Positions 13,784 to 27,874 of a stretch of DNA of 64,000 bases are shown here, piece after piece. Position 1 is the stretch's first letter, and every line of letters begins with the position of its first letter. A program made the position numbers and the translations under genes. Origin of the DNA: Octopus vulgaris. Lineage: Eukaryota. Under the pieces are notes generated by a model. The model was given only the letters and a program-made list of their open reading frames with translations. It searched no databases and was not told where the DNA came from. Where the stretch lies: positions 107,942,001 to 108,006,000 of the forward strand of contig OX597822.1 of the NCBI GenBank assembly GCA_951406725.2. Reading direction: 5' to 3'.

Positions 13784-15199
13784 CCCACCAACAATAGGAG
13801 TAAACTAGAAAGAATTAGGAAAAAGATCAGGCTTTTTTTCAAATCCTTCAATCTTAAACTAGAATTTATGACCAATACTAAAATAGTAAACTTCTTAGAT
13901 GTTACGTTAGACTTGAATAAGCACCTTCACCACCCGTATAGGAAACCCGAAGAAACTACCAAATACATCCATACCTCTTCCAACCATCCACCCTGTATAA
14001 TTAGCACCACGGTCCAAGCCATCTCAGACAGACTTACAAAACTATCCTCTAACAGAGAAATTTTCAATAATCACGCACAACACTACAACCAGGCTCTCTA
14101 TAGTGCCGGGTATAACCAGAGAATATCATATGTAGACCACCCGGGAACGTCCGTCGGCCATAAAACTCCCAATTATAATCGAACTCCGCACTCAACTCAC
14201 ACTAGCGATAATTCTAATTTAAACTCCAAACAACGTATAGGAAATAGGCGAACTAATTGAATAGCACACAATAGTAACCCTCCCGACGAGAGCAATATAG
14301 ATCCTATTAGAAGAAATAGAAGGGATAATAGTAGATTACGCAAATATATATCGTTCAACATACCTTACAACTTAGAAGTTAGGGGTAAGTTATGTAAGAA
14401 AATATTCTCTATCATTTCCAACAACTTCCCACCCACCCATAAGTATAGAAGTATCTTCTCCAACAAAACCATTAGGATTTCCTACTCTATCCTGCCCAAC
14501 ATGAGCTGCCTCATAGCTAAACATAACTATATTAATATTAGAACAGCTAGATCAAGAGCAAGCTATAGCGACCAACAGAACCTCCCTCATCCAGATAGTA
14601 GACAATATAATCAGACTGGCAGCCATACTACCCAAACAGTTAGTAATAACACCCGCCAACACAACAGAGGAAATACTACACCCATCAACAACCAGGAGGA
14701 TATCAACGCCCCCACTCGTATTGCAACAACTCCGCCTGGGATTAGCAGCACACGACCGAATAATGCAATGTAATGCAACTGCAGATGTGCATCAGAGTAC
14801 CCGCTACAGGGCGCATGTAGGGCGAAAAACGTAATATATTCATGTGAGGTGAGTACCCAGTTTAACACACTCACCTACATAGGTTGCTCAACCTCCTGGA
14901 AATCCAGATACTACAACCACCGGTCCTCGCTGAAACACAGACATAAGGCTAACAGCACCTCCCTTTCTAAAAAGATTTGGGAATTAAAAGACAAATGCAT
15001 AGGCTTCAAACTCAGGTGGTCCATCATCGGATCAGCTGCACCTTATTTAAATAATAGAGCAGGATGCCAACTATGTTGTGTAGAACTCCTGAACATCTTG
15101 AAATTCAAAGACAAACACAATCTTATTAACAAAAGGTCAGAGTTCAAATCATCCTGTATACACAAACTTATTAACACTTTCAAATACTACAAAGCTTAG
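13784..15199 (+). pseudogene. PLE polyprotein C-terminal half (RT thumb, linker, Cys motif, GIY-YIG endonuclease)
   Basis: Single frame with two stops (14258 TGA, 14771 TAA): VNFLDVTLDL..PYRKP..YIHTSSNHPP; ISYSILPNM..IAKHN; CNCR..YPLQGAC; NVIYSC..TYIG..WKSRYYNH..STSLSKKIWELK..CQLC..NKRSE. Confidence 0.92.
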
Positions 15200-15336
15200 G
15201 TTATTATACCAACTCCCTCATGCAATTTCCTCCCACCAGGTGCAACCTGTCGGCTCCAGCACATCCCGCTTTCCTATATGTGCGTGTATATGTGTATGTG
15301 TGTGCGTATATATATGTATGTGCACATATGTGTACG

Positions 15337-15378
<42 letters not shown>

Positions 15379-15803
15379 GGGATGTGGGGGGTGTGTATGT
15401 GCATATATGTTTCCCTGCATTTTCCTCCTATATATACACATTTTGTCTCCCATATATATCTTTTTTTCCCTACATATTTCTTCTCCTACACCCATATTCT
15501 TCCTATATAGTCTCTTTATTTCCCTATATCTATACCCTTTCACATTTCTAACTCGGATGTTGAACGCACACCGCCAAACTCCACTTCCCACCCTTCCAAA
15601 TTTTCAGTTCCCCCCGCCCGCCCCTACGTGGGCACCTTTACCACACACCTCTAACTTTCAACCACCTTCATCTCATGTTAAAATTTACCAAATTATATTT
15701 TTATTTTATTTTTATTTTTATTTTTACTTTTATTTTTACTTTTATTTTGCTTTATCCTATTCTACTTCGCTTTACCTTTATTCTCATTTTTATTTTCATC
15801 CCT

Positions 15804-17357
15804 TATCTTAATTCTTATAATTTTTATAATTTTTATATTTCATTTCTAACTTTTACATTGTATTTCTTATTTTATATTGTATTTATTACTTTTATTTCTA
15901 ATTTTTACCCTTACCCTCATTCTTACCCCTAACTTATCGCTTTATATCTCTATATATGTCTATTTTTGTTTTTTTGCTTATCCCTTATTTACTTACCTAT
16001 GGATCGGCTTTATGATTATACGAGCGTCCGTGTACGTATGTATACGTATACATATGTGTACATATGTACGAGTAAACATCTACGTCTGGATGTACATACC
16101 CCGTATTTCTTTACATTGTTTTACATGTTTTCTTATATTCATATGTTTACACCTATTTGTATACATCTTTTAATATATTATAGCTATACCCATATGCGCG
16201 TATGTTTCTGTGTGTGTATGTAAGTGTATGTGTGCACGCACATATGGACACACAGCCGTGTGTGCGTGCACGTGTAGACGTGAGTGCGTGATTCTTTACA
16301 TACGTTCTTATATACATCCTTTAATATCTTATATCTAAACCTGGAAGCATGGGCAAATGTGTATGTGTATGTAAGGATGGGCGCACGTATGTATATATGG
16401 GTGTGTACACGTATAATGTCCGTGTGTACATGCGGATATTCTGTTGTATGTATGTATATGTACGCGCGTGCGTGTGAGTGTATGTGTGTTTATGTACATC
16501 TTTAAACGTGAGTGCGCGTGTATGCTTATAGGCTTGGAGCCGTGTATGCGCGCGTATATGTACGCGTGTATATGGGTGTATGTATCCATGATGGTATGTA
16601 TGTACAAGATGACCAATTAATTCAAAGAACTAGATTAAACGCTCAACAGCTCTGATTTACAACACACTAGGTCCCCAGACGACACTGTTGATTTATTGAC
16701 ACCCAAAACTTCTACAACTAAATTTTATCAATCTCCTGACCACCATGTTTGGTCCGTAACCTCTATACATCCCTTATCTTTATATTTTTTTACATTTTTA
16801 TCATGTTTATTCCTACTTTTATTTTTTTACTTTTTACTTTTATTTCTATTTCTATTTTTACTTTATAACCTTATGCCTTTACATTCATTTATATTTCTTT
16901 ATATTTCTTTATATTTCTTTATATTCTTTATACCCCCTTTACATCTCCTTATATCCCTTTATATCTTTATACTCTACATTTTTATATTTTTCTATACTTA
17001 CACTTTTTATACATTTTTTATCCCTCGTCCTGAATTCTCGCCCCTCCATCTTCACGTCTATATATGTATTTATTTATTTACATTACTTCAACATCCAAAT
17101 TTCCTCATTCTACATTGAGAGAAGAAAGAGATGGACGCTTCAATTCTATGCTGCTGCCGCATTATGTCGTACGCGAATGAGAGTATTTGCATCCCCAACC
17201 AAGAATTTTTGATGTAACACATGTCCTTGTGGAAGCTGTTGTGCGCGGCTGAAGAAGGCCACAGACATACATTATGCATTGTTATAAATCTGTCTAATAA
17301 AGGCCCGAAACATATGTACCACTGAATCCTTCGCATCATGTTTTTATTTTGATCAAT
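15804..17357 (+). repeat. Right arm (sense 3' UTR/pLTR)
   Basis: Inverted partner of 12191-13782. Confidence 0.95.
17245..17322 (+). ncRNA. Type I hammerhead ribozyme (PLE pLTR, right arm)
   Basis: gcgg-CTGAAGA-aggcc...ggccc-GAAA-catatg-TA-ccac; one stem I mismatch relative to the left-arm copy. Confidence 0.7.
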
Positions 17358-17427
17358 TTACTCCACCACCTACACCACCAAACGGTATACACAGGTGCTT
17401 ATAATTATCAAGTACTCACCCCGAATT

Positions 17428-17461
<34 letters not shown>

Positions 17462-17463
<2 letters not shown>

Positions 17464-17620
17464 CCAGAATAAGCACGTAAATGTGAAACAAGGTGGGAAA
17501 AATAGTACTCGAATACTGGAGGTTATATAATTAAGATGCAAAAACATCACAAAAAACTGTTGCTCAGAGTTTCACGTTCCGTTTATCGGACAAGGGAAAC
17601 GTGAAACGCTGAGTATCAAG
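17462..17620 (-). mobile_element. Foldback mini-element, family A (degenerate hammerhead)
   Basis: Reverse complement of the 53600-53727 end; internal inversion ctcagagtttcacgttcc / ggaaacgtgaaacgctgag. Confidence 0.7.
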
Positions 17621-17830
17621 TGGGGAAAATGCTGCGAATAATAACACAAACAAGTAACAATGCAGCCTGTATATATTTTAGTTATACTGTTTAATGTATC
17701 GATAGTTTCATTTTCATGCGTATATTTACCATGCGTTTCCTTTGTGGAATTATACACGCTTTGTGTTTGTTCGTTTTATATTTGCATTTGCAGCTTTTTG
17801 TGAAATTCCATCCTCGTATAACTTCTGTGT

Positions 17831-18211
17831 GGAGGCGCAATGGCCCAGTGGTTTGGGCAGCGGACTCGCGGTCGTAGGATCGCGATTTCGATTCCCAGAC
17901 CGGGCGTTGTGAGTGTTTATTGAGCGAAAACACCTAAAGCTCCACGAGGCTCCGGCAGGGGGTGGTGGCGATCCCTGCTGTACTCTTTCACCACAACTTT
18001 CTCTCACTCTTACTTCCTGTTTCTGTTGTACATGTATTTCAAAGGACCGGCCTTGTCACTCTCTGTGTCACGCTGAATATCCCCGAGAACTACGTCAACG
18101 GTAAACGTGTCTGTGGAGTGCTCAGCCACTTACACGTTAATTTCACGAGCAGGCTGTTCCGCTGATCGGATCAACCGGAACCCTCATCGTCGTAACCGAC
18201 GGAGTGCTTCC
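17831..18211 (+). mobile_element. Full-length tRNA-derived SINE with 13 bp TSD
   Basis: A box tggcccagtgg, B-box-like gatttcgattccc; TSD ataacttctgtgt at 17818-17830 and 18212-18224. Confidence 0.9.
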
Positions 18212-18247
18212 ATAACTTCTGTGTATTTTATACATATATTTTTTAAC

Positions 18248-18400
18248 TTCTACTTGTTTCTTTCATTAGACTGTGGACATACTGGAATACTGCATTCAAT
18301 GGTTTCGGTCGAACGAATGCAAACCTGTGTTTTTGGAAGCTTGGTAGTCGTTCTATTGGACTCTCCTGCCGAACCACTCTGTTATGCGTACGGAAACATG
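18248..18400 (-). mobile_element. Partial SINE tail (microsatellite-containing family)
   Basis: Similar to 42995-43140 (gactgtgg.catactgga ... gccgaacc). Confidence 0.6.
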
Positions 18401-18884
18401 TCAGGACCAATTGACCGGAGCAGTGTAATGGACCTGAGAACGGAAACATGTCACTGGGGAGTAAACTTCTCACTACACGAACACGTCAGATATTCTTTCA
18501 TCTCCGCTCAGTAAACGACATGCATATTCGGGATTAACCACATAAATAGCAGATTGTATTCACATACTCACAGAGACATCCAAATACATGCATGTATGCG
18601 AGTGAGTGTGCGTGTGTTAGAGAGAGAGTGTGTTTGTGTATGTGTGTGAGGTGGGGGTTGTTCATGTATGTTTTAGCATAATATTAAAGGCCTAATGTTT
18701 CATCCTCAAAAGTATTTACATTAACAAAAGTATCAATGACAGGGTGTGGTCAGGTTGAAAACATAAATTTTACCAATATAACACGCAACACAAACACACA
18801 CAAACATCCGCAATATATACCTATGTGTCTGCCGGTCTGCATGCCTGCTTATCTGTCCTCTCACTCTCCGTCTATATATCTCTC

Positions 18885-18963
<79 letters not shown>

Positions 18964-19019
18964 ATATACATATATATACATGTATATATATATATGTATA
19001 TATATATATGTATATATAC

Positions 19020-19112
<93 letters not shown>

Positions 19113-19227
19113 GAGAGAGAGAGAGAGAATATATAGAGGGTGAGTGAGAGGACAGATAAGCAGGACAGATATATATACATGTATATATATATATGTATAT
19201 ATATATGTATATATACAATATATATAT

Positions 19228-19359
<132 letters not shown>

Positions 19360-19398
19360 ATATATATATGTATATATATGTATGTATCCGTCTATCGG

Positions 19399-19452
<54 letters not shown>

Positions 19453-20237
19453 CGTCTGTCTGTCTGCCTGACTGTCTATCCCTCTGTTTATACCTCTGTC
19501 TGTCTGACTTCATCGCTGACTCTCGCTTTCATTCGCTCTTTCTCTCTCCCCCTCTCTCTGCCTCTATCGATCTAGCTCTTTGTCTATCTCTCTATATATA
19601 TCTACCTATCTATCTATCTATCTATCTATCTATCGTTTGCTCTATCTATCTAAATGCTTAGATTAATCAATAAATTAAAGTTAGAGCAACAATTGTATGG
19701 AAGCATGGATTTCTTAGTTGTTTTCTATCAATTTAATCCTGTATATGATACAACTATTTGAAGGAGATATATTCCTCGATATATATATTATTCGCACTTC
19801 TAAAGAGAAAATACGACAGTTACCTGCTTTTACTGACGCCAATCATTCAGCCAGCGAGCTATTTGATCATGGCTGTCATTTTTCTATCTCCGATAATTAT
19901 GACTTACCGTTTGTCAGGTAAGATAGAATTGGAAATAATTGATATACACAGCATGTCCTTGAGGGGAAGACTCTACAATTGTGTCTGCTAAAACTGGAAA
20001 TATGCCAATTTCTTTTCAGGTTGCTTGGAAAGGAAATTTCTGGTACATTCATTAATTGGGAAATCCATTAATTCTGCTTGATGCCTGAATATGGACTTCC
20101 GAGAGAAGATTTTCTCCTTTATATTGAGAGAGAAAGCATAAATAGATCTGCTTACAACAATTACAAACATACGCATATATCCACGAAAACACACATACAC
20201 ACACACTAACACACAAACAGACGAATATGTAGTGTGT

Positions 20238-20279
<42 letters not shown>

Positions 20280-20329
20280 ACACACATATATATATATATA
20301 TATATATGTATACACACACATACACACAT

Positions 20330-20410
<81 letters not shown>

Positions 20411-20413
<3 letters not shown>

Positions 20414-20708
20414 TTTAAATATTTGTTGTGCAAGAATTTTTATGTGAAGTCGTGTGTTGAGACAGATATTGTTATATTTCGGAATGGTCATATTGCCAGT
20501 TTAGCCAATAAAAACACACGCACTATATATTTGGTGTTATTTTGATTCAGTGTTATTTATTTTTTACATTAATCTTAATCTTATAACTCTGGCCGAAATA
20601 AGATTAAGATTAATGTAAAAAATAAATAACACTGAAGCAAAATAACACCAAATATATAGTGCGTGTGTTTTTATTGGCTAAACTGGTAATATGACCATTC
20701 CGAAATAT

Positions 20709-20716
<8 letters not shown>
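20411..20716. mobile_element. Asymmetric foldback insert between (TA)n tracts (~118 bp arms)
   Basis: 20466-20584 is inverted relative to 20598-20716 with few mismatches and a ~13 nt loop; 55 bp unpaired extension on the left. Confidence 0.85.
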
Positions 20717-20758
<42 letters not shown>

Positions 20759-23700
20759 GTGTGTGTATTTATATATACACATTACACACACACATATATA
20801 GGTATATAGATGCATGTATATATGTATATACACAGCTATATGCATACACAAAAAATGTACACATACACACACACATAAACTGCACGTACACACTGCTATT
20901 GCTATACATTCATACGATTTTAAGGAAAAATCTACAAGTGATTGCAATTAATGTACATATATGTATGGGCAAATATTAGCATATATACATGCATACATAC
21001 ATTCATACGCTCATACTTATATACATCCACCCATCTATACCACTATACATACATACATACATACATACATACATACATACATACATACATACATACATAC
21101 ATACATACATACATACATGCGTACGTACGCACATACACTGCAGTAGAGGTCAGCTGCCCAACGGTTGAGAATGTACCATCAAAATTATAGGCAAAAGAGA
21201 ACATTCTTGGTGAATGTACCCCGATGATACATTTTAATTCATTTTATTTTCATGGGTGCATTTTGTCGCGCATCTTAATATTTGCACAAAATCCAAGAAA
21301 TACCATATTTTTCGAAGAAATAGGAAAGAAACTGACTGACGTGCATTCTCTAAATGCAATCCATATGTGACCGAGTGGAAATCTGTATGGCCTGCTAAAG
21401 ATTCCCTCTCTGAAATATTTTAAATGAATTAATAAACACATTTAGCCCTTGGTTTGAATGCATCCTCAGTTCAACCAATACCCTAACTCAACCAGATATT
21501 TACAAACATCAGGAACTTTATTAGCTCAAAATGTCTTATCGCACTGTTATCAACTGGCTTGTGCCTTATATTCGCATTATAACAGTAATGTGACAAGCTA
21601 AACGATAACAATTTAGAAAACGTAGAAATAATATCTCAAATTATAACAAACTTATCTTAATGTTAGAAGTGAACCTAAGAAACTCTATACTCCAAGAGTA
21701 GCAAATAAAAAAAAAGCAATTAATAAATAACAAGAAAGCGGAGAGTATCACCCAGGAAAGTTCCCCCAACAGTTTCCTAATGTATACCAATATAAGTTCA
21801 ACACCGTAATCTAAATGACACCCCTTTTGTGGAAAAATGTCTCTCAAAAAGAAAAACAAATCGGTGACTCAAATCAGAGACGCACATATTCCAAGTTTAA
21901 TACATACGAAAAACAAAAACTAAATATATTATCAATCATAATTCATCATAAAGTGGTTAGACTGTTTCGTTTTGAAGTATAATCTCGTGTGTACGTTCTC
22001 ACTGCGTAACATCTTATGATATATAAGTGGTAAAAACGGTTAATCATTCAAATGGAAAGTCTAAGTTCCACGTAATTAAACCAGAATCTATCCTTTCCAG
22101 CGGCAGTATTGCATGCATCAGTGTACTCATTAAAGTTCTAACACGTTTAATAATATAGCTCAGGTACATTACTATAACTTTCGCAAGAAAAAGATATAAA
22201 CGCCTTAAAGAAACATAAAACCAACAAATAATAATTTCTAAAGCAGCAATGCAATAATAATAAACAGGACTTGCTTAAATGATCCGCTTCATGTACAACT
22301 AACCGGAAAAATCTTGGATTCCGCCTCTCTGAATATGTTACGATCTGTGTAATAGCAATTACTTTTACGTCCATCATTAGGAATGCTAAAGCAAAAAAAG
22401 CTGTAACTGACAGAGCCTGCGATACATTCGTTTCTACGCAGATATAATTGAAGAAAACGGGAAAGTCGAAATATCTACATGCCTCACTCTGATTGTAGGT
22501 GTTGCTGTCTCTTTATGTTAATAGGCACAAGAATGTATATAATATAAGTTTTCTGTTAATGTCTAACCATTCAGGAATTTTAAGATAGAAATTCATAGAG
22601 ATTATCGTTTGTCAGTTTCTTCTGATGAGAGAACATGGTACCATGAAACAACGAATCTCTGGTCTGTTGCATTTGGTTTGGAAATTTTGCGAGTCGGCGT
22701 ACCGGGCTGAAAAGGAGTGAGCATTTTAGTCATCGTAAGATGTGGAATACTAGAGATCAGTAGCAAGAAGAGATAGAATGATAGATAGATAAATAGGGAG
22801 AGAGAAAGAGATAGAGGGAGAAAGAGAGAGATGTGAGAGGTTGCATGCCTGCTTGTAGGCAGCACGAGACGAAGTAGGTGTGTGGAGTAGATGCCACTCG
22901 AGTAGATTAGAAAAAGGTAGAAAGTCAGAATCCATGCGAACCACAGTTTTCGGTAGGAAATCTGGATTTACAACCAATAAATTGAAATAGACTAAGTGTG
23001 AGCCAAGGAGTGACTCATCATAGCATCCAGTGATTCAAGAGAGCAGAGACAAATATATATCAAGAAGTGTATGATTTCAGAGAGATTGTGACAAAGGTAT
23101 ATATCTTCAGCTGGTAGTAGGGGAAAAGGATTAGAAGATTAAGAGTGATTTAAGCTGTAGATTAGAAAAGAAATTAAGTGAAAAAGTAATGAGGAAGATG
23201 AGTGTCGGTGACAGAAGAGTTTATAACAGTGCTGACGCAATTATTCGGAGAGAAGTATGAGTATATATTGTTGCCATCATATCGGATGCAGTTTATAGAT
23301 ATTGGTAGCTAGCTGTTGTTCTCTGATAAAGAAATGGGAAGCGTGGTTCGCATGTAATAAGTAATTTCTAAGGCTGAGTTACACTTGAAACTAAAGGGAT
23401 CTAAACTTCCTACGACTGTTGTGATTACTGATTTTTCTAACCTATTAGTAATGCAATCCGTCATGGAAGTTTGAACAAATTTTCTTATGTTTTAGTATAT
23501 GATATTTTGACAATGTTTTAATGTCTCTTTCCAATATCATTCTTATATAAATTTACGACTTTTGAGTTTTAGTAAGTAATTGAAAACAACAAAAGAGAAT
23601 AGCTGTTTTATAAATATCCTCATAGCAATTAAAACTTATATGCAACTTTTTTTCAATTTAAATTTGGAGAAAAAAAATGACTTTTAGTATTATTTACGAT

Positions 23701-25500
23701 TATGGTATAATGTTATTGTTCACTTCACAGATAGGTATCTTTTGAAATATATAATTTTTTTCAAGCTAAAAGTTATAATGTTCATATGATTTACACTTAA
23801 GCTCTCTGCAGCAAACTAACAGACATAAAATAAGGTTGACAAGTGTATTTCGAGGCATCTGCTTTATATAAACAAGTTTTATTTAACATAATTCAAATCA
23901 ATGCAAACTATTATAATATGATATGAGTATTATCAATATTCTGAGCTATTCATACAGTTTTAGCATCTACATACTGTTTCGTGTTTATTCCCAATTCCAT
24001 ATTTTATTTTCGCATATATAAATTTGATTCTCAATAGTATGAAATTCGAATTAAAATAATGCTAAATTTAAACTAAAATATATTTAAAACTTAGGTTTCT
24101 AAGAGAATATTTCTTATTTTTCATATTATTATATTTAATATATTACAATCCTAGACAAACAAATATGCAAAAAGTCATCGGAAAGAATTTTCACCACAAA
24201 CTGAATATCATTTTTTTCCGCTGGTTTCCTTTACTTATGTTTTACTATTTTATGAGGGTGAAGCTATCGTTAAAAGCAGCTGCCCAACAAGGGTACCTCT
24301 GGAGGTTACACGAATTACTAGGAACAGAATCTCCTTCACACTACACCCTTCGTTATTAAAAAGAAGGATTTGTAGTCCTTGTTATACTGTCTGAATATAG
24401 AATAGACGTAATAGAGGTAGCTAGAGCAGCAATATTATATATAAGCAATATGGTATGTGGTATTGGTGCACCAGTAAATATATGTGTCGCTTAATAGATT
24501 TTTGATGAAATGATTTCAATTAAACCTTAGCAACTGAGTATTTGCCGGTAATATTGCTGCATGGTCTTTCATTTTTTCCCTTCGGAACAAATATTGCCTT
24601 GCAACTAAATTTGTATTCTGACCACACTTTAAAAGTTATGCTGTACTATATTATACTTACTGGCACTAACATTTTCAATGTTATAGAGACGATAAAATAA
24701 TTGATCCTGGCAAATCTTGAACTCAAACGCTAAATATCGTTGACCTAAAATCTATAATTAAAATCTAATTAATCGGACTATTCAATATAATTTACTCGTG
24801 CCGGTTCACTTAACACAATGGAGTTAATACGGTTCTCTTGAACCGTTATATTTTGGTCAGACACTACACTACATTTAAGTCAACAAACACCAATTAAAAT
24901 ATAAAATAAAACACTAGCTAAACTAAATGATCGTTGTTCGTGCTGAAAGCATAATACATACATACACACTCACACAAACGCACTCTGAGAAAAGCTTATT
25001 TGCTTGCCTTTCTATCTATATCTATATATGCATATATTCCTACAGACACAGACACACAGCTACATGTATATGCTCATATATTATACATGGATTTATATTC
25101 ACACACACACGCACGTGTATAATAACGTTAAAGTTTACTACGAACACCACATTTACTCAAGTAAGTTTAGAGATTAGATTTTAAAACTTTAACAGCTGCA
25201 GAAAATATAACATTTATGAGATATTCTTCTATTGTGCAATATATATTGGACCATTATCATAACTAGTCCTGGAGAATATCACCTTTATACTACGTAATAC
25301 CTCAAAACAGTCTTGATCTTTGGAACAAGGTAACTCTGTTAATTCCGACATTAACTACGAAATGGAATGTACATTTTGATAATCTGCTCTAACAATCTCC
25401 CAAACTGGAAAGCATTTGTTTCTGCGGCTAATCGGTGATTTATCCTCACTTTAAGTAACAAAAATATTGCTTACACGCACGCACCCCCCACACACACACA

Positions 25501-25576
<76 letters not shown>

Positions 25577-26554
25577 AGGGAAATGAGCATAGAGTTGCTA
25601 CTTCTACACATGAAATATGGTGTTAAAAACGTCTCTTCGGCGAACGTGTAAAAGTGTACCCGGGCTTTAGAAGGTTTTTTCTGTTGCATGTAAATCAGTG
25701 GTTCTGATCCATTTTTTTTTTTTTGCCTATTGACCCTATATGACTTTGATTCGTATTATACTCAGATATACAGATGCACCCACCAATCCATTCGAATTTT
25801 AAAAACATAATTTTTAAAATGAAAGTACAACCAACTTATTGGCAATAGATTTTAACAAAATCTTACTTGTGAACCACTGATACAGATGAATGAATACGAA
25901 AATTAAAACAAGTTTTGATCCATGATAAATGACGTTAATTTTTTAACGTAGTTTTAAAGACTATACTGAGTATATAATACAGATAAAAGTGTAGAGTAAC
26001 AAAAAAATATACGACCATTTTAAGTACCAACACTGATACAACCATATGTAGTCTTTCTGGGGATCAGGTGTTCATTCCTGTATTACATTCTATTTCTCTG
26101 GTAACTGTCGTCTTAATTCTTACCGATATGATAACAGCATCAACGAAGGGGAACGTAGATCGAAACTGTTACAAATGCAAGGTGTTGAAAACATAACTTG
26201 ACAAAATCTAATCAACGTTTCCTAGAACCATACGTGCAAGTGTCCATGTTATTACAAAAATACACCTCGACATATAAACAACAGTAATTACAACACCTTG
26301 TATTCTCAATATATCTGTAACATCTTTAATTTGAAGTGATGCTCTGCACAATATTTAAAAATCAGTTATTTATTATAGGTTGAAGACTGTTTTAAATTTT
26401 GGTTATAATTCGTTGCGGCCATGGAAACTACTAAATGTTTAGAATAAAATAGAACGAAACAAATTTGTTGTAACCAAGTATCACCGATGTAGCTATACAA
26501 AATTTGGCGTTTAGAGTTTCAGAAGATGTGAAACATTTAAAAGAAGATATTCTT

Positions 26555-26921
26555 TTCTACTTTAGACACACGACCCGAAAAGTTTTGGGAGGGAGCCAGT
26601 CGATTAGATCGACCCCACAACGCAATTGGTACTCAATTTATCGACCCAAAAAGGATGAAAGGCAAAAATCAACCTCGTGGGAATTTGATGTCAGAACATA
26701 AAGACAGACAAAATACCTATTTCTTTACTACCCACAAGGGGCTAAACACAGAGATTTCTAACAAGATCAGACAGAAGTGCGTAACTGGTACTTATTTAAT
26801 CGACCCCGAAAGGATGAAAGGTAAAGTCGACCTCGGCGGAATTTGAGCTCAGAACGTAACGACAGACGAAATACCGCTGAGCATTTCGCCTGGCGCGCTA
26901 ACGTTTCTGCCAGCTCGCCGC
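26555..26921 (-). mobile_element. Two tandem Nin/Deu-domain-type tRNA SINE copies
   Basis: Minus strand gcggcgagctggcagaaacgttagc...gaggtcgactttacctttcatcctttcggggtcgat..aagtaccag; domain present twice; matches 57522-57748. Confidence 0.8.
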
Positions 26922-27874
26922 TTTATTTAGAGAAATATATTATAGAAGCATATAATTCACCGTGGTAGACATAGGCTGGAGGTTACGGAAATCGGAGAGA
27001 AATGCTAATATTAGATATGCTTCAAACTATTTTACAAAGCCTGAGGCATAGTCAGTTTCCAGTATAGATAATTTGTTCTCGGCTACAACCAAAGTTTATA
27101 ACAGTATTCATATAAACAGCGCTTATCAAATTGATAAAAGAGTTGGAGAAAGATCACGCAGAGCTATGCTAGCAGTTAGGCTCTGTACCACTTGTCATTT
27201 GTCTATCCGCTTACGTGAAGGTTCGAATCCTAGTGAATATGGTATTGGCGCACATTCATTTATGCGATCATTGATTGGTATGTATGAGGATAAACAAATA
27301 ATTGGCTTGGTGGTTGACTGCTTTGGTAGAATAAAATGTCTGAACATGTGTGTATTTTGTTATTTTCTGCATTACTTTCATAATCAACGATATCTGACTT
27401 CGCATCTTTGCCATTGAGAACGACATGTTAAATTTTAGATGTATTACTTGGCAACGAAAGGTTGTTTGAATCAATGTCCCAATCGAGACAATTTATGCTA
27501 CTTTTATATTAACTAAACTTTCTATACAGACATCCAATTCTCACTGTATAAATATATACTTCGTGTTCAAGAATGGTTATTGGTTACAACTATATATTGG
27601 CAGGTGGGGTGGGAATATTGTCGTTGGCAAATATTTTATGTCGAATTCCACAAAAGGGTAAACAAGATCATAAGTATTTCATAAATTAGGAATGAACTGT
27701 TGGATGGATGTATTTAATATTGTATGTTGTTCTTATCTATAACGTATGGATAGTTGCCTTCATAAATCTATGCCTGCTCGTTTGCTTGCGTGCGCGCATG
27801 TGTGTTCATATGTTTTAAGTTTGTTTATGGTAACGTTTTGAATGTGCAAATAAAGATCCTATTCCATTATGCCG

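Larger units (their letters stand above)
12191..17427 (+). mobile_element. 5'-truncated Penelope-like retroelement with inverted pseudo-LTR
   Basis: Arms 12191-13782 and 15804-17357 are inverted near-copies around an RT C-terminus/GIY-YIG frame; ~70 bp extra 3' tail; flanked by (TA)n and (TC)n(TA)n. Confidence 0.93.

Noticed and set aside
14258-14260. In-frame TGA in the PLE ORF as possible selenocysteine (reported for some Naiad PLEs)
   Set aside because: It lies in a low-complexity linker rather than at a conserved Cys, a TAA stop also interrupts the frame, and no SECIS was identified
12191-17357. Interpreting the long inverted repeats as DNA transposon TIRs
   Set aside because: The interior encodes PLE RT/GIY-YIG, the left arm truncates the ORF, and the right arm has an extra tail
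17831-17903. tRNA gene
   Set aside because: No proper cloverleaf or terminator; it continues into a SINE body with TSDs
21342-21410. Possible 69 nt minus-strand exon (tttcag...gtcagt)
   Set aside because: No recognisable protein similarity or partner exons; such splice-like signals arise by chance
22622-22660. CTGATGA...GAAA hammerhead-like spacing
   Set aside because: Stems I and III do not pair
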